NCBI GenBank assembly: GCA_964016885.1
Contig: OZ024741.1
Coordinates: 150,226,001-150,290,000, forward strand
DNA length: 64,000 nt
Reading direction: 5' to 3'
DNA from: Eledone cirrhosa
Taxonomy: Eukaryota
Below the pieces are notes generated by a model, which had not been told where the DNA came from, made no database searches, and was given only the letters and a program-made list of their open reading frames with translations. A program made the position numbers and the translations under genes. Below are positions 17,405 through 31,589 of the stretch, one piece after another; the stretch's first letter is position 1; each line of letters starts with the position of its first letter.

Positions 17405-18302
17405 TCTATATATATAAAACTGTGGTTGTCTGTCTGTCTATCGATTTTTGGCACACATCTCCTCTTAGAATCTCTCACGGAATTGCACCGAAATTGCTAT
17501 ACTTGTACATTGAGCCCTAGCGAAGACATCGGAAAAAAAAAATTTCAAATTGACCCACCCTATGTGACGAAATCGAATATAATGTATCGATTTTTGAGCG
17601 TAAGTTATCAGTTATTTCCCTTTGTTCTGTTTACATTGAGCGTCTTACGTAAAAAATTACGCTGGCTTTAACAGTTGTCGAGCCAGCAAAATATTGACCT
17701 GCAAAATTCATCAGTTCGAACACTAAGCTTCCGTTTTGCTTCATTTCCATTTAAAAGCATTTTAAAACAATATTTTTACTTGAAAACAAGTCTATTTAAA
17801 GACTACGTAAAACAAGCAAATATTTCGTCGTTAGGCGTGCAGACAGACAGTCGTGCAGAGAGGTGATATACGCGTGCAGACATATAGTCGTGCAGAGAGG
17901 TGATATAGGCGTGCAGACAGACAGTCGTGCAGAGAGGTGATATAGGCGTGCAGACAGACAGTCGTGCAGAGAGGTGATATAGGCGTGCAGACAGACATAA
18001 CTGATAATTTGGTTACGCTAATGTTTTTCTCTGCGTTGCAGTGTTTACATTTTCGATCTTTGTTAATAAATAACCAGTGCAGTTTCTATCCCCAGCATCC
18101 TCTTTTGTTATAACATTCGGGTTATCGTTATGTTTTCTTAACTTCATAAGGCATATTGTTGGTTGAGGGAATATTAATCAAAAACACCACATGCAAGTCT
18201 GCACAGTAGACACTACAGTTTTTAAGCCAAGAAAGAAACTTAACATTGTAACTTTAACACAGCTACTGAGCGATCCCGAGCAACGCCGGGCTTTACTGCT
18301 AG
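17405..18302 (+). mobile_element. Non-autonomous Helitron
   Basis: Starts TC after A, ends CTAG before T, with subterminal hairpin cccgagcaacgccggg and (gtct)n near the 5' end. Confidence 0.8.
17832..17997 (+). repeat. 37-bp minisatellite, about 4.5 copies, inside the Helitron
   Basis: Unit taggcgtgcagacagacagtcgtgcagagaggtgata repeated in tandem. Confidence 0.9.
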
Positions 18303-18423
18303 TTAGGTATAAAATTAAAGTTAGAAATGCTTATATACGTACCAGGACTAAATCCCTAAATCCCGACCCATGGGTTTCGTCCTCATTTTGAGATATCCTA
18401 TTAAGGATAAATCTCGAGTTTCG

Positions 18424-19126
<703 letters not shown>

Positions 19127-19139
19127 TTAATATAGAAAT

Positions 19140-19183
19140 GACTTCTAAAAATGTTTCATTCAAAAGAAATCATCAGGAAAGTC
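19140..19183 (-). ncRNA. Minimal hammerhead-like motif (F13), weak stem III
   Basis: Minus strand: GACUUUC-CUGAUGA-UUUC(UUUU)GAAU-GAAACAUUUUUA-GAAGUC. Confidence 0.5.
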
Positions 19184-19665
19184 CTGTACAAGCCATTTCA
19201 ATACTAAACTTGATGTTTACTTGATGTATTGAGTATCTTACTAACTGTGATTACCCCCAATTGAATCCAGAACACACACACTCTCTCTCTCTCACAAACA
19301 CACACGCACATATACACACACACACATATATATATATGTACTTATGTGTGCTTGTGTGTGTATTCGTGTGTTTTTATGTTCGTGTGTATGGGTATCTAGT
19401 TGACTTAAGAAACAATGGGAAAATTTAAAATTTGAAATGTGGTTCTCCCACCCCCAAATAATTTCTCAACAGGCAAAGATAAGCGACATTACCAGATATA
19501 TCGTCTCTATGCCCAATGCTAGAATAGACCTTGAAACCTTATGTAGGATGAAGCTGTGTTGAGAATTTATTCACAATAACACACTTTAGCTCTGTATATA
19601 AGATAGAACGCTCTTTTGCCTTTATTCTACAGAAAGTCTTGACTCTACCCACACACATATCTATT

Positions 19666-19697
<32 letters not shown>

Positions 19698-19794
19698 CCT
19701 CTCTCTCCGTTTGTGTACGTGTGTGTGTGTGCATGTGTGTGAATGTATGTGTTTGTGTGTGAGTGTATGTATGTGTGTGTGTGTGGGTGTGTGT

Positions 19795-19833
<39 letters not shown>

Positions 19834-20259
19834 GTGGGCGGGTGTGTGTATAGCGATATTTCTATCACGTATTTTTCATGAATTTCACTTTTTTTTGTCT
19901 TCTTTTATTTGTGATGTTTGGACAATAACAGAAACTGCAACAGAAGAGATAAACGGTAAACATTGCTCTCTTTTATACAATTCTACATACTGAGCCGATT
20001 ATAATTACCACCAAAGAACAGAAAACGAAGAGTTAATTACAAGAGCAGACACTTTTGTCAAATAATAGTGCGTTACATTCTCAAAAAATTAATTTTTTTT
20101 TAACATGTTCTAAGACGAACAAACATAAAACTACTCACCATTTTATATCACAAAAATGACAAGCTACAAAGCTTTATCGTATTAAAAGCTTTACTAGATT
20201 CATCAATATTAGACTTAAACCTTTTGATATCAATCCGCTTGAAACCCCCTGGTTTTATG

Positions 20260-20452
20260 GACATACGACTCAGTATGGATACCTTCGTCGCTCGTCATTT
20301 CCGTCCCCAGGACACTCCTCCCTACATGTCTCAGTCATTGGTGTTCTTTGACATCATGAATGCTGACCTCGCGCTCCAGGACTGAGCAGAGTCTGCTTTT
20401 CCGCCTTGTGTCCAGTTTCTCTAATGGACTCAACACTCAAATTTCTTTAATC
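20260..20452 (+). pseudogene. C-terminal GIY-YIG endonuclease region of a Penelope-like element, frameshifted
   Basis: Hand translation across frameshifts gives DIRLSMDTFVARHF-PGHSSLHVSVIGVL*..RSRTEQSLLFRLVSSFSNGLNTQI. This matches the VARHF..GH / E..LIFRL..P.GLN pattern of Penelope-like ORF ends. Confidence 0.7.
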
Positions 20453-21664
20453 TTGCACACATACGCTCGCGCTTACTTCTATACCCCTATACACTGTCAC
20501 CCCTACCTCGTCCGCTGTCACGCATGCACGCGAACATTCATCCCCTAGGTTCCCGTGGCTCTGTTACTATCAGAAACGCACACTTTACAGCTTGTACAGA
20601 CCAACAACAAACAGGCACGCACCTCTACATTTACCCTCACAGCTCTGTACGGACCAACTACTAACGCACACTCTCTTAAACTTATATATACACTCACATA
20701 TCCTCTTAGTTTCGTAAAGACAAATAACAAATACACGTACATACGATACAAATACACGTATATACAAATAACAAATACACGTATATACAAATAACAAATA
20801 CACGTATATACAAACGATATTTTTTAGATATATATAGAAATATATATTTTTATTTTCTACCTTGCCGCCGTCATCACCACCACCACCACCACTCTCGACA
20901 CAGACATTCAATTTATTTCAATAGAAAGTCTGAATTTTAATACCTCAGCACACCAGCCATACTCACTGAACCAGAACGATTTCCCCCTCCCATTTCTTGA
21001 CCATTATCTTTTGTTTGGCACAAAATTCTCTATGGCAAATCATGTGACTATGAAAATGGCAATAAAGAACCTTCAAACACGGACTGGCGCGAAAGTTGAT
21101 GTACTTAATCACCTGACAGTCATCAACCAACCAAATTACACTTATAAAAAAACAACAAACACCCCGCCTCAATTCTACTTTTGAAAAGCATAAGAACTGT
21201 GAAACCGGTAAAGGAAACAAATAAATATTCTTAAAAAGACTCCAGTTGCATTTTTGATTTCTTTTCCTTATACTTTCACTCGTGTAGGACATCTCGTTTT
21301 TTTCTTAAAAAAAAAAAAAAAACTCATTTTCTTATATATATATATATATATATATGAAGGATCGATCGATTTTCGTCAAATCGGACCGAGGAAACAATGT
21401 TTTCGTCGGTCTTTCCAGTTGTTAGTACTATCTATCGGTCGCAACTCCAGGTAGAAGGAGCAACATGAATAAAGTGTCTTGCTCAAGGACATAACGCATC
21501 GCCCGGTCCAGGATATATATATATTGAGTATGTGTTGGTTGTTTACCGACACCTCAGTATGCAGCTGGAAGCACTCGACGAAGTACGCAGGTTGGTTTGT
21601 TTACTCCGGAGTAATGTAAAATAAGTAAGTCAAACATGTTAAATTTGGCTTCGTTTATTACAAA

Positions 21665-21726
21665 TTGTCTGCTATATATATTTCAGGGACAGCTATTATT
21701 GGCTGTGACCTCATCAGGCAGTACAA
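21665..21726 (-). ncRNA. Type I hammerhead ribozyme motif, intact core (F14)
   Basis: Minus strand: UUGUACUGC-CUGAUGA-GGUCACAGC(CAAUAAUA)GCUGUCCCU-GAAAU(AUAU)AUA-GCAGACAA. Confidence 0.8.
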
Positions 21727-21997
21727 ATTAATGTAGAAAAAACAGGTAAACATAACATGTTGTTGAAATGTGTTCCACTCTGTCAATTCATCGATATGTC
21801 CAGCTCCTGGGTGTGTTGTTAGTCTTCCGAGGAACTGGAATCATATGAGGTAGAACAAACGAATTTCAGCGTCAGAGGACACGCTCCTACACCATTGGTC
21901 AGATATCATACCATCCCAGCCGAAAGTCTATAGAAATTCTTCAGAGACAGGTCAGCCTATTATAGCTGTTTTTATCAGAATGTTTAAGTCCAGCTGA

Positions 21998-22080
<83 letters not shown>

Positions 22081-22216
22081 TAAACCTCTCCGACACTAAT
22101 TTGCATAATAGACCAATAATAAAATTAATAAGCCCACTATCCGGGAGCTTCCAACAGACATGGTCGCATTCTTTTAAGGGTATGTCAATATTTGTTTATA
22201 AAACTGATCTATATTA

Positions 22217-22261
22217 TATTTTATCTGATGAAAGCGCCCTTGAAATATGTATAATGAAATA
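22217..22261 (+). ncRNA. Minimal type I hammerhead motif, intact core (F3)
   Basis: UAUUUUAU-CUGAUGA-AAG(CGCC)CUU-GAAAU(AUGU)AUA-AUGAAAUA, within the TA-flanked element 22080-22393. Confidence 0.75.
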
Positions 22262-22390
22262 AATATGGTTTTATAAATATAGTTTCCATTTATTAATATA
22301 TTGTATTTTTACTCCAAAAATTTGTTGAGTGCTTTATATCAGTTATAAAAATATTTGCTTGTTGTATCCCAACAAATTAAATATAACTTC

Positions 22391-22454
<64 letters not shown>

Positions 22455-22455
<1 letters not shown>

Positions 22456-23260
22456 ACCTTAAAATGGAATGAGAATAAGAAGAAAGTAAGAACGGGGGTA
22501 GTTTTCCTCATCAGTTGTCTACTGGGGTCTCGGATATTTCAACGCTTTAAAGACAAGATATCTACCGCCCAGAGCGTCAATAACTGGGTAAGTTATTGGG
22601 AAAATGGAGGAGGGAGGGAAGGAAAATAGAAGGGAAAACGGAAGAAAAGAGAAAACATAAAAACAACAACAAACCGAGCAATGTGCGAGCAACTTAAAGT
22701 AAGAAAATCCAAGTCCACAGTGATAACTGAACTTAAGTTCGAGAGCGTGTGGGCGAACGAAAAGACACGTCTGACCCCAGCGAGTGTAAGTGAGAAAAGG
22801 ACTGCTAGAGGGTCAGGCGAGGGAAACAATGAGGTGGTAGGCAGAGAGAGGATGAGTGAAAGTGAGAGGGAGAAAGGGAGAAGAAGAAAGAGGGGTAAGA
22901 GTAGATAGTAACGAAATAGGTAGGTAGAAGAAGAGAGAAGACGGGCCACAGCGAAACATGATAAAATATATGGAGAATATGATTGGCTGTGTAGTTGGTA
23001 GTTAAGGTAGCTTAAAATGGAATGAGAATAAGAAAGTAAGAAGGGGTGGGTGGGGTAGGGAGTTTTCCTCATCAGTTGTCTACTGGGTGTCTCAGATATT
23101 TCAACGGGTAGATATCTTGTCTTTAAAGCGTTGAAATATCCGAGACCCCCAGTAGACAACTGATGAGGAAAAATCGCCCCCCCGTTCTTACTTTCTTCTT
23201 ATTCTCATTCCATTTTAAGCTACCTTAACTAGCAACCACACAGCCAATCATATTCTCTCT
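22455..23260. mobile_element. TA-flanked element with direct plus inverted terminal segments (pLTR-like architecture)
   Basis: 22455-22565 is repeated directly at about 23010-23106 and inverted at about 23108-23222. No canonical HHR could be assembled. Confidence 0.65.
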
Positions 23261-23261
23261 A

Positions 23262-23481
<220 letters not shown>

Positions 23482-23669
23482 TACAATGCATACATGTATG
23501 CATATATGCAGCATACATACATGCGGTAATACCCAGGAATGAACGCTATATAAATCAACATACCTGTTCAGCTCCGTGTATCTAACTATATGTATAGAGC
23601 GTGAAACTGATAAGGCTTTATGTTAATGCATCCTCTTGTTTGTTTGTTTCTTTCTTTCTTGTATTATTG

Positions 23670-23855
23670 ATGGATTGGCAGTATCGGTGGAGGGTCGGAC
23701 GCCATGCTTTCCAGCATAGTTACGTCCCTTTACGATCTGAGTTCAAATCCTGCCGAGGTTGACTTTGCCTTTCATCCTTACGGGGTCGATAAAATAAAGT
23801 ACCAGTAATGTACTGGGTAATTGCTGGCCTTGTGCCAAAAGTAGAAACAATTATT
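23670..23855 (+). mobile_element. SINE S1, full length
   Basis: A box tggcagtatcgg, B box gagttcaaatcc, conserved core and agaaacaattatt tail. Preceded by tattatt. Confidence 0.9.
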
Positions 23856-24051
23856 GATATATATATATATATTCTCCAGAGAGAAATTAATTCATGTATA
23901 AATATCTCTCTTATCATTATATATATATATATATATATAGTAATAATAATAAATTTGAAGACTAAAATCCAAAGAGGGCTGGATAAGGATAAATATATAT
24001 CAAATATATAAGAACCATAGAGCAAATATTTATTATTTGGATACCTGTCAG

Positions 24052-24102
<51 letters not shown>

Positions 24103-24165
24103 GTGTTTATTTGTAAATAAACATCGATAGTTTTATTAATACCAACGTACATGTATACATTAATG

Positions 24166-24233
<68 letters not shown>

Positions 24234-24254
24234 CATCTATCTATCTATCTCTCT

Positions 24255-27200
24255 ACCAGACGTGTGTGACTTCGCGGAGAAGTTTCCGTTAATTTATGTA
24301 AGAAAAAAACGTGAGTTTTCAATTAAATTTTATATTATTGTGTAACTTGACACCCCGTCTGGACCTTCAGGTGGTGGGACAACTCATTTTCGCCCCTACA
24401 GGGGCGAAATATCCGTTTGAAAAATTTTTTCTCCATCGAATTTTGAAAAAAATATCGGAAGAAGTTTGATTACGTTATGAACGCTGCGTTCAACGATAAT
24501 GGTGGTGGAGAGTCGGTAAGACTACAGAGCTCGCAGTCAACATCGTCTTCTTCCCTAGATACCATGGAGATGGAAAGACGAAATGAAAATGTAAAAACAA
24601 ATTGATATCCAAACAATACAAATGGCACCAAACAGTTCAATGACAACAAAAATAACAACAACACCAATAATGATGATAAAAACAACGATGACAACAACAA
24701 CAAAGAAAAAAATAAAGACAACACCAATAACACCAGCATCAAAGACAACAACAACACCAACACCAACACCAAGGAAAATACGAATAATATCAACATCAGT
24801 GACAACAAAATAACAACAACAATAACAACAATAATGACAACACCACCAACACGGATAATTCCACAAAGAAACCAAAAATTCTCCTTTGCACAGACAGTTC
24901 AAAAAAAGGAGGAACTGACATATCTCGACATAACAAATGCCGAACAACTTTTAAAGGACGCTAGGAGATATGTCACTTTCGAAAAAATGGTGCTTTCAGC
25001 ATTAATTCTCCGGTAGAAATTCGCAAGGAAACTGCTCTCAAAACGATAGTTTTTAGGACAGTTTCCAATTCTACCCGAAAACCAGTCCAATTGTCACAGA
25101 AAGAAATTGAACTGGTTTTCAAAAATTCAATGAATGATATTGCATTCATTCAAAGAAGCAAACTTTTTGGGAGTATTTCGGTACTCATGAAGGATCAATT
25201 GACGGCCCAAAATTACTCTGTGTCGCCAATTGTATCCAACCTGTACACCTTTTCCCCCACATACATGGGAAAAAAGGACACAAAAGATCAAAATCACGAG
25301 TTTCACACCAAATGTAAACATATGGTGGATACTGTGCGGCTTCATCAATTTTGATGAAGACAGAATACTGTCAGTAGGAAAGTCCCCCAGAGATGTATTT
25401 AATGGGACTAGCATTGAAGTTCTGGTGTAAAGGAGCCCAGAGCGAATAGCTATGATCCCACAACGTGTACTCCTGGACGGACTCACCTACATAAACTTTT
25501 CGGTTGAGGGTAGGCGGCCTTCATGTTACCAATGCTTTAGCAGGGGTCACCTGAGGGCTTCCTGTCCTAAATTAATGAGTCAAAAAGGCTCTTCTGCCGA
25601 CACCCATCAAAACCAACCAACCACCAACACCACCACCACAGCAACAACACCAACACACAAAAATAACCACAACAAACACAGTCCCACCCAACCCCACTCC
25701 ACCTAAAATCACTGCAAAATCACATACAGACACAACAGCTCCCCAAGACATACCCCTCCCCAATCACACAGACGATACAACAGATGAGGCTATCTCGCCA
25801 TCACCCAGTGAAGACGAGGGAGAACCCCATCGCTCGAAAAGAAAGAAAAGACATCTCAAAAGCAAAAAAACCAGCAAACACTACCACAAACATACAACCA
25901 CCAACACAAACAACAAAAACATCACAAACAAAACCCCCGCCTCCTGAAAACAAAATACCTACAACAAAACGAAAGCACACACAATAACTACAGACAAAAA
26001 CAAACACAACACAAGAAAATTACACTTACACTTACATAAACACTGAAAACAAAACACTAATGGAGACCATCACGAACGACCCTTCGGTGAAAACCGAAGG
26101 GAAAACTTTCGCCTACTCTATTAAAAATAACAAAAAACTGAACCTAAAACTGATTAGTGTCCATATACAAACTTATAGGTCCCTAAAAGAAACATTTGAG
26201 AAGGATGTGGGGAATTCCTGCGTGAAACCACTTAACCGCGTCCTTCTCAAATGTCTCCCCACCGCAGACACCCCATCCAACCAGACCCCACCCCACCAAA
26301 CAGCTCCGTCCCCACCCCGCCAGAGACCACTACCCACCCACGCAACCCCTCCAACACCCCCATTGAAATCGTGCATCCTGGTCCCCAGGAGACGAAGGGT
26401 GAGTGATCTCTTTTCCTCTTTTAAATTTTCAGCACCAACATGGCCAATATAAGAGTTGGATGTGTGAACGTACGCGGCCTGGGGATGCCCTGGAAACAGG
26501 GCAAACTCTTAAACGACCTCAGGTCGCACAGTATGGATGTGGTAGCCATTTGCGAGTCCAGGATCCACAGCGAGCGACAGCTGGCCCCCATCTTCGATGA
26601 CTTTGAGATCTACGCATCTCTCTGTCAACCGGGGGTGGGGGTGGGGGCGGAGTTGCCGTTTTGCTGCGGAAACACCTGGGCCTCGTAACACAGACGGTAC
26701 ATCTGGACCCAGAGGGTCGACTGGTGGTCCTAGACGTTGACGGTAGTGAAGGTGGAGCCTTCAGGCTGGTGGCCGCATATGCCCCATCCGGGACACCGCG
26801 GCCAGACTTCTTCAAACGTCTAGAGACTTTTCTGGGAACGTCCCGCTCCTTGCTCTTAGTGGGGGACTGGAATGGAATCCTAGATGCACGTTGGGACTAT
26901 GTGGGAGCCTGTCCCGATAAAGGGGGTGTGTAACAACCTCAAACAGTTAATCGACCGATTTGACCTGGCCGATAGATATCGACTAGATTTTCCGACTGTG
27001 CCACTGTGAACGTGGACTAATCGTAGCGGAACATCTAGATCGTACCTAGATAGGGTTCTAGTTAGAAATAAGGATAGGGACATGTTAAGCTGTCCACAAA
27101 TGTTCATGGTTGCCTATTCAGGTCACAAACTAGTGACCTGCATAGCCAACCTTGATAGAACCCATAGACAAGGACCCGGCTACTGGAAGCTGAACTTGTC

Positions 27201-30122
27201 GTTACCGACAAGCAAAGCCTACAGTAGACGGATTAGCACTTTAGTTAAACAGCACTTGACAGGGGCCATTGTCAACAACAGATGGTGGTACTCTCTCAAG
27301 AGGGCAGTTAGATTAGACTCGTTAGTTTTTACTAAAGAATTAGCGTTAGATAGAAATAGAACCGAGAAGGAACTGGTAGATAAAGTAGAAGAGGCAATTA
27401 GAAGTGGCAACGTAGCCAGCGTGCTAGCAACGAGAACGGCATTGGACCAGTTCTTCGACGCAAAGCACGAGGGCTGCGTTGTCAGAAGCAAAATACGTGC
27501 TCTAGGAAACGAGAGAGCCAAAGCTGTTAGCTGGGCCCGAGTGACGGAGGCAAAAAGTGGCAACAAGTCCACGATTCGGTCTTTGAAGGACAAAAACGGA
27601 CGCGTGATACGTAAGCCGAAGCAGATGTGTGCGGCCTTTCAGCGGCACTTTGCTCAACTGTTCGGGCGGGGTGGCGCGCCGGGAGGGGCTATGGATTTCG
27701 GTCCATACCTCGACGGCCTACCACGACTCTCGGACAGCGAGGCAAAGTTCTGCGAAAAGCTGATTTCAGCCGCTGAGATAGGGGACGCGCTGAGCCAATG
27801 CGGTAAACGCAAATCTCCAGGTCTCGACGGTCTACCCTACGAATTTTAGGTAGCAATGCCAGACTTATTCTCCGGTCTCCTGGAAGCGGTCTACTGCAAC
27901 TGGAAACAGAACGGGAGAATTCCCAGTTCTGTAACCGGGGGCGTGGTCACACTAGTCAGGAAGGACGAGAATAAGGGGGATGACATAGGCAACTCTGGCC
28001 CATAACTCTGCTAAACACAGAGTTACAGATTTTGGCCAAGGTGTTGGCAAAGAGGCTGGCGCTTGTCGTCGAGAACCTGGTGGGAGAAGCGCAGACATGC
28101 GCAATCCCGACCAGGTCCATACACGACAACCTCCACCTCATGCGATATATCATAGAGAGGGTAGGGTGTAAACCCGGCTTCGGTCGAACCCTGATCAACT
28201 TGGATCAGTCTAAGGCTTTCAATAGGGTTGACCATCGTTACCTGGATGCGGTGCTCGAGGCGGCAGGCTTCGGACCCGTGTTCAGGGGGTGGATTGCTGC
28301 AATGCACAACAGCAACATCTGCTCAAGGGTCAAGGTGAACGGCTACCTCTCGGAGCCGTTCCATATTACGCGATCCATTCGACAGGGTTGCCCTCTCTCC
28401 TCCCGTCTGTACGTACTGACTCTCGAGCCACTACTCCGGAAGTTGGAGCTATTGCAGGGTATCCCTCTGGAACCGGGACTGCAGAAAGCGGCGTCAGCCT
28501 ACGCCGACGACGTGACAGTAATGGTGTCGAGCGCCTCGCAAATCGAGGAAGTCGGTACCTTACTGAAGGAATACGAAAGTTTCACAGGAGCGAAGCTGAA
28601 CCGGGACAAGTCCATCGGTTTGAAACTCGGATCGTGGAGAGGCAAACCGATGCCTTTCGATGGCGTCGTCGGACGCTGGACGGAAGGACCGGTAAAGCTG
28701 CTCGGGGTCTGGTTTGGTCCGGACCTCCAGGTGGAGAAGAACTGGAACGAAGTGACGGCCAAGGTGTTTGCACTCACCCAGAAGTGGGCCGAGTGCAAAC
28801 TATCCTTGAAAGGTCGAGCGGAGGTGGCCAACACTTTTATAGCGTCCGCCATCTACTACCGCTTGACCGTCGTGCCTTGTCCAGCCAAAACGCTCTCCAA
28901 AATGGAGCGCGCGCTCTTCCAATTCCTTTGGAAGAGGCGGGCTCCTTTGGTGAGAAGATGCATCTGCTGCCAACACCCTTCTAACGGAGGGCTGAGGATG
29001 CCGTGGTTGACGATGCGCAAACACGCGCTCAAGCTGCGGCATCTCTACGTATTCCTCACCGGACAACCGATGTGGGCCCCGTTCGTGAGGCGAGACTTCC
29101 CACGACCCGTCTCGCTGACCGAGCTGCAGTCCTGGGTCAAGCAAAGACCGAGGAAAATGGGCGACTGGCACATCGAATGTGCTCAGGCGCTCACAGCCCT
29201 CTGGCAGGCGGACCCGGCGATCAGTGGAGACTCCACTTCGTCATTCTATAGAGGGTTGATCCGCAGCAAGTGCGACGACGCGCTCGGTGAAACTCTAGGC
29301 GTAGAGGAAGATGAACTGGCCAGTCTATTCGGTAGGACCTCCCGCCCGGGACCGATGGACAACTTCCAAAAGTCCCTGACCTGGCAGTGCTACCGAGGAG
29401 CTCTACCAGTTCGAGACAAGCTCCCACAGACATGTCCGCCCTGGCAGGGACCCTGCAAAAAAGATCTGTCCAAGGTGCATGCGTAACGAAGAAACCGTCG
29501 CGCACGCATTCATACACTGCCCGGGCGTCACTGACCTGTGGGGCTATGTAGAACGACTATTGTCGCGGGTTGGACCAATCCGGTTGACCACCGAGTCCAT
29601 TGTCATGATCAAACCGCCACCCTCCTTCAAAAACGAAGGAGAGGCGGTTTTCCTTTGTGTGATAGCTATGGCGAAAGAGGTTGTATGGTGGACAAAGTTG
29701 AAAGGGCTGAGTTCAGACACCTTTCTCTCCGGCCAACAACTGATCCTTTTTTTTCAAATACCACTTTGGAAGAAGAATCAGGATGGAGAGAGAAGTGCTG
29801 TACCCCAGCAAGTTTTATGAAAGGTGGGTGAAAGTGGCGAGAATGGCCCGAGTGAATGGGCCTTCTCTTTATATCAACCTGTAGGTTTAGGAAAAGGAGG
29901 AGGAGAGGAAAGGAGTACAAACTCTTCGTACTCCTGGAGATGAGGGTTGCACATTTTTTGGGGGTATGTGTTACCCACATGAACTGTCTCCCCCTATTGG
30001 GGAAAATCGACTCATTTTTAAAATTGCATTTGTGATAACATTTTACACGTTTTTATTGTATGTAAACTTCCCCCTTTGTATTTGTACCCTTCTTTTGTGC
30101 CCCTGTGGCTAATAAAGAAACA
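24255..30122 (+). mobile_element. Full-length, decayed Tx1-clade (L1 group) non-LTR retrotransposon within (TATC)n (Tx1-A)
   Basis: ORF1 zinc knuckle CYQCFSRGHLRASC. ORF2 has APE, RT and a C-terminal Zn region. Ends gtggctaataaagaaaca. (TATC)n at 24166-24250 and 30123-30210. Confidence 0.92.
26440..29884 (+). pseudogene. Tx1-A ORF2 (APE endonuclease + reverse transcriptase), several frameshifts and stops
   Basis: NVRGL, ICESR, VGDWN, SYLDR, KSPGLDGLP, LDQSKAF, RQGCPLS and YADD motifs in ORF pieces 26440-26688, 26661-26933, 27082-27849, 28032-29486 and 29479-29820. Confidence 0.92.
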
Positions 30123-30201
<79 letters not shown>

Positions 30202-30472
30202 ATATCCATCTATCTCTCTCTCTCTATATATATATATTCTATAATTGACAATTTAATATACGCCCTTTTAAATATATCTGCCTCTTACCCCCCCCCCCCC
30301 TCTCTCTCTCTATATATATACATATACACATATGTACACACGTAGATACACATTTAAATGCACACATATATCCTTACATACGCGTATATACACACACACA
30401 CACACATATATATAATATATATATTTATACACACAGTGACACACACTCACTGACACACATATACACGCACAC

Positions 30473-30539
<67 letters not shown>

Positions 30540-30796
30540 GTTTGTTCGTGTGTGAAAGAAAAAAGAAAAATATAACGTTAAAAAACACGGAGACAATTTA
30601 ACACGCCTCGTTTATAATTTTACTTAATTAGTATTTTATTGCATTTGAAATATAAGAATAAAAAGAAATATCTCCTAGACAGTGAATTCTGAAAAGAATT
30701 CTACCATCTATATTCAAATATATCACGTAAAACAGCTCCATTTCATACGAATATATATATATATATGCATCACACGCACACACATATATATATAAA

Positions 30797-30837
<41 letters not shown>

Positions 30838-31589
30838 GCTAGCTTTCTAACCTAGATTTCTTGTTGCTAGCGTTTGTTGAACTATTTTTTTTTGCGTCTG
30901 CATATGCGTGTTGGTATGTGTGTACGCTAGCTGAAAGTAAAGTGTTCACTAGCCAAGGCGTATGAATTTATGTCTGCTGTTAAATGCATACTTACAGCTA
31001 GTGTCTTGATTTTATGTATGCGTGTGCGTATGCGTGTGTATTTGTGCATGTATGTGTGTGCGTGACTGTGTTTGTGTATAGCATGTGTATTTACTTGCCA
31101 GAGTTTTCCTCCATGTGTTTATTTTTGTGTATTTATGTGTACATGCTTGTATGTGTACATGCTTTTTTTTTCTCTGTGCGCGCATTAATATGACGATATA
31201 TTTATGTGAGTGTGCTTGGGCTTTTGTGTGAATGTGTTTATGTGTTAGAAACGGTGCAATTATTTAGGTTCATGTACATATATGTCTCTATGAATGGGTG
31301 TGTGTTTGTGTGTGTTAGTGTGTGTGAGTGTGCATGTGCGTGTATAGGAGTTAAGAAGACAATGGATTGGCAGAATCGTATAAGGTTTTGGTAAACATTC
31401 CTACAGTATTTAGTTACATCTCCGTACCTTCCGAGTTCGAATTCCACCGTGGATCCACTTTCACTTTCCTCAGTTTAGAGTGGATAAAATCATTATCAGT
31501 CAAGTTCTGGAAAAATTTCTGTATATATATATATATCTTCTTGCCTCATCTGATGCCATGAGTCGGTGGTGAAGTGTTATATGTATGTA

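Noticed and set aside
17832-17997. CRISPR-like spacing of 37-bp units
   Set aside because: The units are contiguous with no unique spacers, and the context is a eukaryotic Helitron.
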